The position numbers and the translations under genes were made by a program. This document shows, one piece after another, positions 47,047 to 56,808 of a stretch of DNA of 64,000 bases (positions are counted from its first letter, which is position 1; every line of letters begins with the position of its first letter). The notes under the pieces were generated by a model that was given only the letters and a program-made list of their open reading frames with translations, did no database searches and was not told where the DNA came from. Source of the DNA: Promethearchaeota archaeon (GTDB taxonomy: Archaea; Asgardarchaeota; Lokiarchaeia; Sigyniarchaeales; SOKP01); assembly GCA_048941285.1 (NCBI GenBank), contig JBHLNS010000012.1:8859-72858 (forward strand), in the 5' to 3' direction.

Positions 47047-48477
47047 ATGTCGCTTGGATCAAGAGAATTAAAAGTTAAGGATATTTCTTTTATTAATAAC
47101 ATTAAATCAATTGCCGTTGTTGGGCCTTCTAAAAGACGAGATTACTTTTTTCTAAAAAACCACGCTCAATATTTTAAAGGTCCTGTTTATGCTGTACACC
47201 CTAAAATTGATGAGATACCTAATTTTAATAAAAACTACATTTTTCAATTATTAGAAGACATACCTGGAGAAGTAGATTTTGCCTTTATTGCAGTTCCACC
47301 ATCTCAAGTTCTAAAAACAATAGATTCTTGCGTAAGGAAAAAAGTAAAATTAGTTACTGTTTTTACATCTGAGTTCTCTGATTCCGGAACAGAAGAAGGA
47401 ATTGCATTAGAGAGGGAATTGTTGGAACGAGCACAAAATAAAGTAAGGATTTTAGGCCCTAATGGAATGGGAATCTTTTATCCAAAATTGGGAATAGCAT
47501 GGCGTTCAGGGTTTCCAAAAATAGCAGGAAATATAGGTTTTATTGCCCAATCAGGTGGGATATGTAATATTGCCATATATGGAGCAGAAGCACTAGGCAT
47601 TAAATTTTCAAAAGTATTTTCTTTTGGAAATGGAGCTGATTTAGATGTTGTTGATCTGCTTTATTTTCTAAGTCATGATTCAGAAACAAATATCATTTTA
47701 TGTTATCTAGAAGGCATTAAAGAAGGAAGAATTGAAGACTTGAAAATGGTTCTTAATCAAAATAAAAAACCTATTATAGTTTTAAAAGGAGGGCAATCTG
47801 AAACTGGATCTATTGCAGCTAAAACTCACACTGCATCAATCTCAGGAAATAAGCGATTTTGGAACGCCTTTCTTAAACAACATAATGTTATTCAAGTTAA
47901 TACTTTAGAGCAATTATTACATACTGCTCGTTTAATTGACTGTTATGGTATTTTCAAACTAAATAATATGGCTGTTTTCAGTATTAGTGGAGGGTATGGT
48001 GTTGTTTTAGTTGATCTTTTAGAAAAACAAGGAATGAAAGTCCCTCCTTTCTCTCCTAGCATTCAAGAAAAATTAAACTTAAAATTTTTATTACCAGGAA
48101 CAAGTGCAAAAAATCCTTTGGATTTAGCTGCTCAGTTTTTCTTAGAAAATGCTGTATATGAAACAATTGATCTTGCTTTATCAGATGAAAAGATGGATGG
48201 GTTAATATTAGACTTACCTAGTTTTTATCTAACTCCCATCTTTAAATCAAGTAATAATCAATCTTTTGAATCTAATATTTTAGAAAGTTTATATTTAGGT
48301 CATAAACATAATAAGCCATTAATTCCTATAATACAACGTTTGAATCAGCCTGAAGAAAGAGAAAGAATTTCAAAAAGATTAATTGAAAGAAACATTCCGG
48401 TTTTCGGAGATCCTCTTGAAATTATTCCATTATTATCAAAGATTTCATATTATAAAGAAAGAATGGAGCATTCTTGA
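47047..48477 (+). CDS. ADP-forming acyl-CoA synthetase alpha-type subunit (CoA-binding + ligase domains)
   Basis: SIAVVGPS, RILGPNGMG, IAQSGG, SFGN.AD, phospho-His motif KTHTAS, SGG.GV and NPLDL. Confidence 0.88.
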   Translation: MSLGSRELKVKDISFINNIKSIAVVGPSKRRDYFFLKNHAQYFKGPVYAVHPKIDEIPNFNKNYIFQLLEDIPGEVDFAFIAVPPSQVLKTIDSCVRKKVKLVTVFTSEFSDSGTEEGIALERELLERAQNKVRILGPNGMGIFYPKLGIAWRSGFPKIAGNIGFIAQSGGICNIAIYGAEALGIKFSKVFSFGNGADLDVVDLLYFLSHDSETNIILCYLEGIKEGRIEDLKMVLNQNKKPIIVLKGGQSETGSIAAKTHTASISGNKRFWNAFLKQHNVIQVNTLEQLLHTARLIDCYGIFKLNNMAVFSISGGYGVVLVDLLEKQGMKVPPFSPSIQEKLNLKFLLPGTSAKNPLDLAAQFFLENAVYETIDLALSDEKMDGLILDLPSFYLTPIFKSSNNQSFESNILESLYLGHKHNKPLIPIIQRLNQPEERERISKRLIERNIPVFGDPLEIIPLLSKISYYKERMEHS

Positions 48478-48485
48478 TTAAAATT

Positions 48486-50162
48486 TTAAAAAATTTGTAG
48501 ACTTTCATATTCCCCAAAAACTTCTCTTAACACGTCACATATTTCTTGAATTGTTGCGTATGATTTTACTGTTTTTACCATAATCGGCATTATATTTTCT
48601 GAAGATTGAGCAACTTCCCTCAATTTATTTAAATTTTCTTTTACTGAATCCTCATTCCGTATTGCTCTTAATTCGCTTAAAGAATTTATAATTGCCATTT
48701 CAGCATTATGGTCATATTTAAATGTATCTATCTTGGTTTTTTCATCGGTACAAAATACATTAACACCAATAACTTTATTTTCTCCTTTTTCAATTTTTAG
48801 CTGTTCTCTATAAGCATTATTTTGAATCTCTTGCTGAATAAATCCCCTTTCAATAGCTTCTGTTATACCTCCCATCTTATCTATTTTTTTAATATATTCT
48901 AATGCTTTTTCTTCTAATTTATTTGTTAAATATTCGATATAATATGAACCGCCTAAAGGATCTACAACGTCAGTAACCCCTGTCTCATAAGCAAGAATTT
49001 GTTGGGTTCTTAATGATAACTTAACTGATTCTTCAGTAGGAATGGCTAATGCTTCATCAAATCCACATGTATGTAATGATTGTGTACCACCTAGAACAGC
49101 TGCTAGTGCTTGATAGGCAACTCGAATCAAGTTTGTAAATGGCTGTTGAGCAGTTAGAGTTACTCCTGCGGTTTGTGTATGAAATCTTAATCTCAATGAT
49201 TCTGGATCTTTTGCGTTAAATCTCTCTTTCATAATTTTAGCCCATAATCTTCTGACAGCTCTCAATTTAGCAATCTCTTCAAAAAAGTAATTATGTGTAG
49301 TAAAAAAAAATGATAATCTTGAGGCAAAATCATCAATAGATATTCCTCTCTCAAGAACTTTCTCGACATAAGCAATTCCGTCTGCTAATGTGAAAGCGAT
49401 TTCTTGAATAGCGTTACATCCTGCTTCACGCATATGATATCCACTAATGCTTATAGTGTTAAATCTAGGCAAATATTTTGAACAATATTCAATTACATCA
49501 GCTGTAAGTCTTAAGGACGGCTTAGGAGGATAAATATATGTACCTCTAGCTACATATTCTTTTAATATATCATTTTGAACGGTTCCTGTTAATTGATCCG
49601 TCTTTATACCTTGCTTTTCTCCAATTGCTATATACATTGCTAAAAGAATTACAGTGGGTGCATTGATAGTCATACTAGTTGAAACTGTCTCTAAAGAGAT
49701 GTCTTCAAATACTTTTTCAAAATCTTTTAATGAATTAATTGTCACTCCAATACGACCCACCTCGCCGATACAAATCTGGTTATCAGAATTATAACCCATT
49801 TGAGTAGGAAGATCAAAAGCAATTGAAAGTCCTTTCTGCCCTTGAGAAATTAAATATTTAAATCTCGCGTTGGTTTTAGCAGCATCAGCAAACCCGCTAT
49901 ATTGTCTCATCGTCCAAATTCTACCACGATACATATTTGGATAAACTCCTCTAGTATATGGAGGATTGCCTGGAAAACTAAGATCCTCTAAATAATTAAA
50001 ATCTGGAAGATCATCGGGGCCATAAACGTGTTTCAGTGAAACCTCTGAAGGTGTTTCAAATTTCTTTTTAGTTTCACCATCTTTAATAAACTTCTTTAAG
50101 ATCTCTTCTTCCCATTCTTTATGTTTATTTTTGATATTATTTAGTTCCTTTGAATTGAACAT
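48486..50162 (-). CDS. Methylmalonyl-CoA mutase, large (substrate-binding) subunit
   Basis: PG.PPYTRGVYP.MYRGR.WTMRQYSGF, QNDILKEY.ARG and SGYHMREAG. No B12-binding domain (split archaeal type). Confidence 0.93.
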   Translation of the reverse strand: MFNSKELNNIKNKHKEWEEEILKKFIKDGETKKKFETPSEVSLKHVYGPDDLPDFNYLEDLSFPGNPPYTRGVYPNMYRGRIWTMRQYSGFADAAKTNARFKYLISQGQKGLSIAFDLPTQMGYNSDNQICIGEVGRIGVTINSLKDFEKVFEDISLETVSTSMTINAPTVILLAMYIAIGEKQGIKTDQLTGTVQNDILKEYVARGTYIYPPKPSLRLTADVIEYCSKYLPRFNTISISGYHMREAGCNAIQEIAFTLADGIAYVEKVLERGISIDDFASRLSFFFTTHNYFFEEIAKLRAVRRLWAKIMKERFNAKDPESLRLRFHTQTAGVTLTAQQPFTNLIRVAYQALAAVLGGTQSLHTCGFDEALAIPTEESVKLSLRTQQILAYETGVTDVVDPLGGSYYIEYLTNKLEEKALEYIKKIDKMGGITEAIERGFIQQEIQNNAYREQLKIEKGENKVIGVNVFCTDEKTKIDTFKYDHNAEMAIINSLSELRAIRNEDSVKENLNKLREVAQSSENIMPIMVKTVKSYATIQEICDVLREVFGEYESLQIF

Positions 50163-50189
50163 TATAAATTTTTCCTCTAAAATTTTATG

Positions 50190-50558
50190 CTAAATTGGTT
50201 CAAAAATATATGTATATACCTCTTTACCATCTAAATTTTCACAAATCTTTCTATAAACAGGTTTTAACTCTATTCCTGTCTGTAAATTTTCACTAGAAGC
50301 AAGCTGTCCTAGAGCTTTAATTCGATTTTCAAATTCTACAACTCCAAGAGCATATGAACCTTGATTTCGAAATTCAGCAGGTGGTTCGTTTAAAATGGTA
50401 TAAGTTAATAGTTTACAATTTCCAGTGGCTTGAATGATAGAGAATTCTTTGTTTTTACAGTGTAGACATCTTACATGAGATTTATTCTGCAAAAAGCCAC
50501 AATTTTTACATTTTTTCCACTCAATTTTCTCATCATCATTCATTAATATCCTATCCAT
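50190..50558 (-). CDS. Zn-ribbon + OB-fold (DUF35-type) protein
   Basis: CKNCG...CLHC, followed by G..LTYT.....P and an OB-fold. Confidence 0.85.
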   Translation of the reverse strand: MDRILMNDDEKIEWKKCKNCGFLQNKSHVRCLHCKNKEFSIIQATGNCKLLTYTILNEPPAEFRNQGSYALGVVEFENRIKALGQLASSENLQTGIELKPVYRKICENLDGKEVYTYIFEPI

Positions 50559-50929
50559 TAAAAATATTAAGATATGTAGAATCGAGACTTTATATGAATA
50601 ATATTAAAGATAAGCATATAAAATTTAATAAGGATTTCTAATGTCTAAATTGGAAGACAAAAGTCCCTGTAATACTACTATTATTTACTTACATTTATAA
50701 TTGAAATTTATATATATCAAATGTACTGAATAAAATTAAATTTTTAATCTGTTGGCAAAAATGATAGAAAAAGAAAATGGGGTATTCCCACTGATCTCAT
50801 CTTTTCAGAGATAGAACAGCTTAATGTATAATTTAAATTTAACCATTTTTATTGGAAGAGGTAAAATATCAATCTTAATAAGAATTGAGATATATTTTGT
50901 TTTAAGAAATATTAATCTTGAATTGATAA

Positions 50930-51904
50930 ATGAAAGAATTAATAACTCCAGAAAAAATTCAAAAGAGAATATCCACTGGAGATTTAACTAGAGAAAATGC
51001 AACAGAACATTTAATTTCATTAATTGAGGGTAGTGATGATACAAGAATTCGTATCATGAGTATTAAAATTTTAGAAAAATTAAATTTTCAAAATGAAAAT
51101 TTATTTAAAATCATGGAGAATTGTCTGGTATCAGATGAAAGCGCTATAATCAGAGCTGTAGTAGCAAAATATATAATTCAAAATTATCTAGAAGAGGGAA
51201 TATCGGCTTTAATATGGGCTCTTCAACATGAAACGTCTCCATTAGTATTAATACTTTTTTTTGAGTTCATAGAGAAATTTGGATCTCCTCAATTTGAGTC
51301 AATAAGAAAGGAATTACTTATCTGGAATAAAGATTTCTCTAAAAAAATCGGAGTAGTTCCACAAGAGTCAAGATTTTTTTTAGATTTAGAATTATTATTT
51401 GCGAAAAGTAAAGAAAATTATATAATTAATCCAAACAGCTATAAATATTTCAAGATTATAAAAAATATTAATGAAAGAGATCCTTGGTTAATTATTAAAG
51501 ATCAACATATCCAATCTTTAACTTTTAATTACTTTAATTGGAAATATATTAAATATAACTCAGATATTCTTAAATCTCTTTTCAAATTACAAAACATTGA
51601 AGTATACTTAGATTCGATAAGGAAATATAGCCAGAATGATGTTTTACTACCATCAATTCCAGAATCAATAGGATCTCTTACCCATTTAAAAAAGTTAAAT
51701 CTCCGAAAAAATGGATTAGAAACATTACCTTATTCTTTTAAAAATCTTACTCTGCTTAAAGAGTTAGACTTAAGCTACAATAATCTAAAAGAGATTCCAG
51801 AATATATTTACTCATTCAATAACTTGGAAAGACTTAACATAAAGCATAATAATATCCAAAACATCCCAAAATCCTTATCAAATAAAATTATACTAATTAG
51901 ATAA
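50930..51904 (+). CDS. HEAT + leucine-rich repeat protein
   Basis: N-terminal HEAT-like repeats (LVSDESAIIRAVV) and C-terminal LRRs (LKKLNLRKNGLETLP, LKELDLSYNNLKEIP). Confidence 0.85.
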   Translation: MKELITPEKIQKRISTGDLTRENATEHLISLIEGSDDTRIRIMSIKILEKLNFQNENLFKIMENCLVSDESAIIRAVVAKYIIQNYLEEGISALIWALQHETSPLVLILFFEFIEKFGSPQFESIRKELLIWNKDFSKKIGVVPQESRFFLDLELLFAKSKENYIINPNSYKYFKIIKNINERDPWLIIKDQHIQSLTFNYFNWKYIKYNSDILKSLFKLQNIEVYLDSIRKYSQNDVLLPSIPESIGSLTHLKKLNLRKNGLETLPYSFKNLTLLKELDLSYNNLKEIPEYIYSFNNLERLNIKHNNIQNIPKSLSNKIILIR

Positions 51905-51953
51905 TTATTTAAACAAGAAAATATAAAGTTAAAATCAAACTTTATGAGAATTA

Positions 51954-53684
51954 TTGAATAAAGTGAATATTATGGCTGAAGAAAAGAAAATGATAAATGG
52001 TGGCGATGTTTTAATTAAATGCCTTCTAAAAGAGAATGTCAAATATTTATTTGGCATTCCTGGTGGACAATTTTTAAACATGTATGATGCAGTTTATAAG
52101 TGGGGAAGAGAACAAGGGATAAATACAGTTTTATTCAGACATGAGGCATCAGCAGGCCATGCGGCTGATGCGTGGGCGAGATTGACAAATACACCTGGTA
52201 TATGTTTTGGAACCGCTGGACCTGGAGCAACAAACCTAATCTCAGGAGTTGGGGCGGCTTGGGCAGATAATATTCCTGTAATTGCGATTGTGCCTCAAGT
52301 AAATTCTGAGTTTCAGGATTCTTTTACTTTGCAGGGTAGTCTTGATCAAATCGGAATGTATAAACCAATTACAAAATATCAGAAAAGTGTTCGCAAACTA
52401 AAAGAAATCCCAGATGCAGTTCATAAAGCTTTTAGAGAAGTTTTAAGTGGTCGACCTCAGCCTGCTTTATTAGAAATATTTGAAGATGCTTTTCTTGAAG
52501 AGATTGAGGAAGATCAATTAGAAATCCTAAATAAAGAGAAATATCGAGCTTTTGAAAAACCAGCTATTAAGGATGAATTAATTGAAGAGGCTTTAAACCT
52601 ATTAAAAAATGCCAAAAAACCATTGATTATATCGGGTGGAGGTATTTCGCGAGCAGAGGCCTGGAGTGAACTAGAAGAATTTGTTGACTATTTAAAGTTG
52701 CCTGTAATTACAACGAGTACTGGAATCGGGACAATACCAAATAAAACTCAATATTTATTTGGAGCTGGTGTTGCTGGTATGGGATTAAAGATAATACCGG
52801 AAGCAGATGTTATCATTGCTCTAGGATGTAAATTTTCTTGGACAATGGCACATGGTGAAGAACCTTTTTGGAAAGATTCTCAGACTTTAATTCAAGTAGA
52901 TATAGATCCCGCTATAATTGGCCGTGCGAAACCAATAACATTAGGTATTCATGGAGATTGTAAACATTTCTTGACCCAAATACTTGAAAAGGCAAAAAAA
53001 TCAGATAGAGTAGAAAGTAGGGAATGGTTGGATGATCTTATCCATACGCGAGAGAATAATATTGAAAAATTGAATAAGAAATTATCTAAGGATAAAGTAC
53101 CAATAGTACCAAAGAGACTTATTAAAGATGTTTTAGAAACTATAGAAGAAGAAGCGATTTTAATTCTTGATGGTGGAGATATATCTGTTTCAGCAGCAGA
53201 GCAAATTTTTGATTATAATGTACGAAAACCACTCTCAACATTAGCAGCTACGGGTATGGGTCAATTAGGTACTGCTGTACCATATGGAATTGGAGCAAAG
53301 TTGGCAAAGCCAGATAAGCAAGTCGTTGCTATAGCGGGGGATGGGAGTTTTATGATTAATATCCAAGATTTAGAAACTGCGGTGAGATTAAATTTAAAGA
53401 ATCTAGTATATGTGATTGCTAATAATAGTGCATGGGGAATGATTAAATCTGGACAGAAATTGTTTAAAGGAAAAAGATACATTGATGTAGACTTTCCAGA
53501 ATTTGATTATGCAAAATGTGCTGAAGGTTTTGGTTGCTATGGGGAAGTCGTAACTGATCCTAATGAAATTAAACCAGCTCTTAAAAGAGCAATAAACTCA
53601 GGAAAACCTGCCGTTTTAGATGTAAAGATAGGGTTTGAAACCCCTGATACAACTAAACTTATGGGAAGTATGGGGATCCTCTAA
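51954..53684 (+). CDS. ThDP-dependent enzyme, acetolactate synthase / 2-hydroxyacyl-CoA lyase family
   Basis: FGIPGG, RHE, GPGATN and GDGSF...NN..WGM. ATG at 51972 is a likely start. Confidence 0.9.
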   Translation: MNKVNIMAEEKKMINGGDVLIKCLLKENVKYLFGIPGGQFLNMYDAVYKWGREQGINTVLFRHEASAGHAADAWARLTNTPGICFGTAGPGATNLISGVGAAWADNIPVIAIVPQVNSEFQDSFTLQGSLDQIGMYKPITKYQKSVRKLKEIPDAVHKAFREVLSGRPQPALLEIFEDAFLEEIEEDQLEILNKEKYRAFEKPAIKDELIEEALNLLKNAKKPLIISGGGISRAEAWSELEEFVDYLKLPVITTSTGIGTIPNKTQYLFGAGVAGMGLKIIPEADVIIALGCKFSWTMAHGEEPFWKDSQTLIQVDIDPAIIGRAKPITLGIHGDCKHFLTQILEKAKKSDRVESREWLDDLIHTRENNIEKLNKKLSKDKVPIVPKRLIKDVLETIEEEAILILDGGDISVSAAEQIFDYNVRKPLSTLAATGMGQLGTAVPYGIGAKLAKPDKQVVAIAGDGSFMINIQDLETAVRLNLKNLVYVIANNSAWGMIKSGQKLFKGKRYIDVDFPEFDYAKCAEGFGCYGEVVTDPNEIKPALKRAINSGKPAVLDVKIGFETPDTTKLMGSMGIL

Positions 53685-53722
53685 TATCATCCAAAAAATA
53701 ATGGAAATGCACGGTAAAAACT

Positions 53723-54742
53723 ATGAAAGGCGTATTTTATGAAGGTGTTGGAAAAATTGTTGTAAAAGACGATTTACCAAAACCTAGTATTAAATCTGAT
53801 GAAGTCTTAATTGAGGTCAAATATTGTGGTATTTGTGGTTCGGATGTAGAATCTTTTAAAAAATCAGGGATGTATGGCTCAGGAATAATAATAGGACACG
53901 AAATTTCTGGGATAATTAATGAAGTAGGTGAAGGTGTAAAGAGATTAAAAGTCGGGGATAAAGTAACAATAAATCCAAATCTCCCTTGTTATGATTGTTT
54001 TTGGTGTAATCGGAACCAAGAGAACAAATGTAAATTCGCTCCTAGAGCTATAGGAACCCTAACTCATGGCGCTATGGTGGAATTTTTTAATGTGAATCAC
54101 GAGCGAATTCATATTCTACCTGATTTAATATCATTAGAGGAGGGTGCTCTTATCGAGCCATTAGCAGTAGGCATATATTCAGTTCAAGAATCTGGGATTA
54201 GATTAGGAGAAAGTGCTGCAGTTTTTGGTGCTGGAACTATAGGTTTAATGACGATTATAGCATTAAAAACAGCTGGAGTTAGTAACATTTTTGTTTTAGA
54301 TCCTGTAGAATCTAAGCAAAAAATCGCGTTAGAATTTGGAGCTACTAAAGCATTTAATCCACAAAATTGGAAAAAGATACAGAGGTTTACTGAGAAAATT
54401 GGGCCCCCTCATGTTTTTGATTGCGTAGGAATAAAGGATACTGTTAGTACTTCGATAGAATTAGCACGAAGAGGTGGGCATATCACATTGGTTGGAATGG
54501 ATCCTGATATCGGCGTTTTGAAAAATTTCTATGGTATTGCTGTTAAAAATATCACATTAAGAGGCATTTTTGGTTATAATCAAGATACTTTTAAGACTGC
54601 AATAGAACTACTAGAACAGAAAAAAGTGGATATTAAACCATTAATTACTAAAATCATAGATATAGATGAAGTCCCTCATGCTTTTGAGGGTTTAGCTGAC
54701 CAAATGCATAAAGATATTAAAATTTTAGTTAGAATCTGTTAA
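53723..54742 (+). CDS. Zinc-dependent medium-chain alcohol dehydrogenase (butanediol/sorbitol dehydrogenase-like)
   Basis: CGICGSD, GHE, CYDCFWC...C, EPLAV and GAGTIG. Confidence 0.92.
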   Translation: MKGVFYEGVGKIVVKDDLPKPSIKSDEVLIEVKYCGICGSDVESFKKSGMYGSGIIIGHEISGIINEVGEGVKRLKVGDKVTINPNLPCYDCFWCNRNQENKCKFAPRAIGTLTHGAMVEFFNVNHERIHILPDLISLEEGALIEPLAVGIYSVQESGIRLGESAAVFGAGTIGLMTIIALKTAGVSNIFVLDPVESKQKIALEFGATKAFNPQNWKKIQRFTEKIGPPHVFDCVGIKDTVSTSIELARRGGHITLVGMDPDIGVLKNFYGIAVKNITLRGIFGYNQDTFKTAIELLEQKKVDIKPLITKIIDIDEVPHAFEGLADQMHKDIKILVRIC

Positions 54743-55035
54743 TTTTAATTTAACTTTTTATTTTTCTTTATTTTAAATGATATTTTTTTAGGATTTTCTT
54801 ATTAATTTCTATACTTACAAATATAATTAAAATTCTCTTATCTTTAAGTAACAAATAAAAAATCATTAATACCATGAATTAATTAAATCAAATGATTAAA
54901 TACAAAAGGAGATCATATTTTAATAGTAGAACACTAGAAATAGAAATGGGAACTAGAAATTCTTTTAATAGTTGGTTTATTTTTATAATTTTATTTTAAA
55001 AAGTTAACATAAATACTGGTATAAAAGTCGATAAT

Positions 55036-56709
55036 ATGAATTCTAACAGTAAATTTGTATTCGTGACAGGAGGAGTAATGTCAGGAATAGGCAAGGGAGT
55101 TGCTACAGCTAGTATTGGCAAAGTACTCCAGTTTCGTGGCTTTAAAGTGTCAGTTGTTAAAATTGATCCATATTTAAATGTAGATCCTGGAACATTGAAT
55201 CCTGTTGAGCACGGAGAATGTTTTATAACTGAAGATGTATGGGACTTTAAACCTGTTCCAGAATCTGATGAAAGATCATATAGAATATCTGAAATTGATC
55301 AAGATTTTGGCACTTATTCTAGAATATTAGGAATAGAGATGCATCCTTCACATAATATTACGTCTGGTCAAATCTATCTTTCTACCATCCTTAGCGAAAG
55401 GAAAGGTAGGTTTTTAGGTAAAACAGTCCAAATAATACCTCATGTGACTGATATTATTAAAGAAAGATTAATGGAAATTGCTGAGACAGAAGATTTAGAT
55501 GTATTACTAATTGAATGTGGAGGAACTGTGGGTGATTTAGAATCAAGTATATTTCTTGAAGCCTTTCGTCAACTAAAATTAGAATACCCAAAACGAACTG
55601 CTTTTGTTCATGTCACACTTATTCCATATTCTCGAGCTGTAGGGCAACAAAAATCAAAACCAACCCAACATTCTGTTAAAATGCTTCAAAGTTTAGGATT
55701 ACAACCTGATATTATAATAGGTAGAAGTGAAAAACCTTTAGCTAATGATATTAAAAGAAAAATTTCCTTATATTCCAATGTTCCCGAAAACGCAGTAATC
55801 TCTAATCCCGATTTAGAAGTTGTTTATGAGTTACCACTTTTGTTCGAGAAACAGGGATTGGGTGATCTTATTTGTGAGCTTATAGATCTAAAGGCAAAAC
55901 TGGTGTCTTATAGTGAGGTCACAAACTATTCAGAATGGGTAAAAATGGTAGAATTATTCAAAAATGCGAATAAAACCGTCAAAATAGCAATGCCAGGGAA
56001 ATATTTTAACATTTCAGATTCCTATATTTCTATAAATGTAGCTTTAGAAGATGCAGCTGCACATTTAGGTTATAAGACAGAATTAAAGATGATTAATTTA
56101 GATGAAAACACAGATCTTCAAGAACAACTACAAGATTGTGATGGAATTTTGCTTACTCCGGGATTTGGAGAAAGAGCTGTGGAGGGAATGATCCAATCAG
56201 CGGAATATGCGATGGAAGCAAAGATTCCTTTTTTAGGTATCTGTTTTGGGGCTCAATTATTTTTTGTGGCTTTTTGCAGAAAGTATCTAGGGTTAAAAAA
56301 TGCAAATTCAACTGAAATTAATCCAAATACACCATATCCCGTTATTGATATTTTAGAAAGTCAAAAAAGTGTAACTGAAATTGGTGGTACAATGAGATTA
56401 GGTGCTCAAAAAATAATTGTTGAAAAGGGTACACGGCTTCATAAGGCCTATAAACAAGAAGAAATATATGAACGATACCGACATAGATTTCACATTCAGG
56501 AGAGATTTATAACTGATGACGCTAAACAAAAGGGATTACTTGTATCTAGCCGAGATGAAACAGGACAAATTATTAATAGTATAGAATTAGATCGGAAAGA
56601 TCATTGGATGGTGGGTACTCAATTCCACCCTGAATTCAAATCTCGTCCCTATTATCCTTCTCCCATATATTTAGATTTCATAAATGCTTGCATCAGTAGA
56701 ACAAAATAA
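55036..56709 (+). CDS. pyrG: CTP synthase
   Basis: VTGGVMSGIGKG, KIDPYLNVDPGT, K.KPTQHSV, GICFG and QFHPEF. Confidence 0.97.
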   Translation: MNSNSKFVFVTGGVMSGIGKGVATASIGKVLQFRGFKVSVVKIDPYLNVDPGTLNPVEHGECFITEDVWDFKPVPESDERSYRISEIDQDFGTYSRILGIEMHPSHNITSGQIYLSTILSERKGRFLGKTVQIIPHVTDIIKERLMEIAETEDLDVLLIECGGTVGDLESSIFLEAFRQLKLEYPKRTAFVHVTLIPYSRAVGQQKSKPTQHSVKMLQSLGLQPDIIIGRSEKPLANDIKRKISLYSNVPENAVISNPDLEVVYELPLLFEKQGLGDLICELIDLKAKLVSYSEVTNYSEWVKMVELFKNANKTVKIAMPGKYFNISDSYISINVALEDAAAHLGYKTELKMINLDENTDLQEQLQDCDGILLTPGFGERAVEGMIQSAEYAMEAKIPFLGICFGAQLFFVAFCRKYLGLKNANSTEINPNTPYPVIDILESQKSVTEIGGTMRLGAQKIIVEKGTRLHKAYKQEEIYERYRHRFHIQERFITDDAKQKGLLVSSRDETGQIINSIELDRKDHWMVGTQFHPEFKSRPYYPSPIYLDFINACISRTK

Positions 56710-56808
56710 AAATAAAAGCTTACTTATTCTTATGAATTAATTTAGGTATCTATAAAAATTCAATGTTCTTTTAATTAAATAATATAAAATTTTATGATTT
56801 AGATAGTC

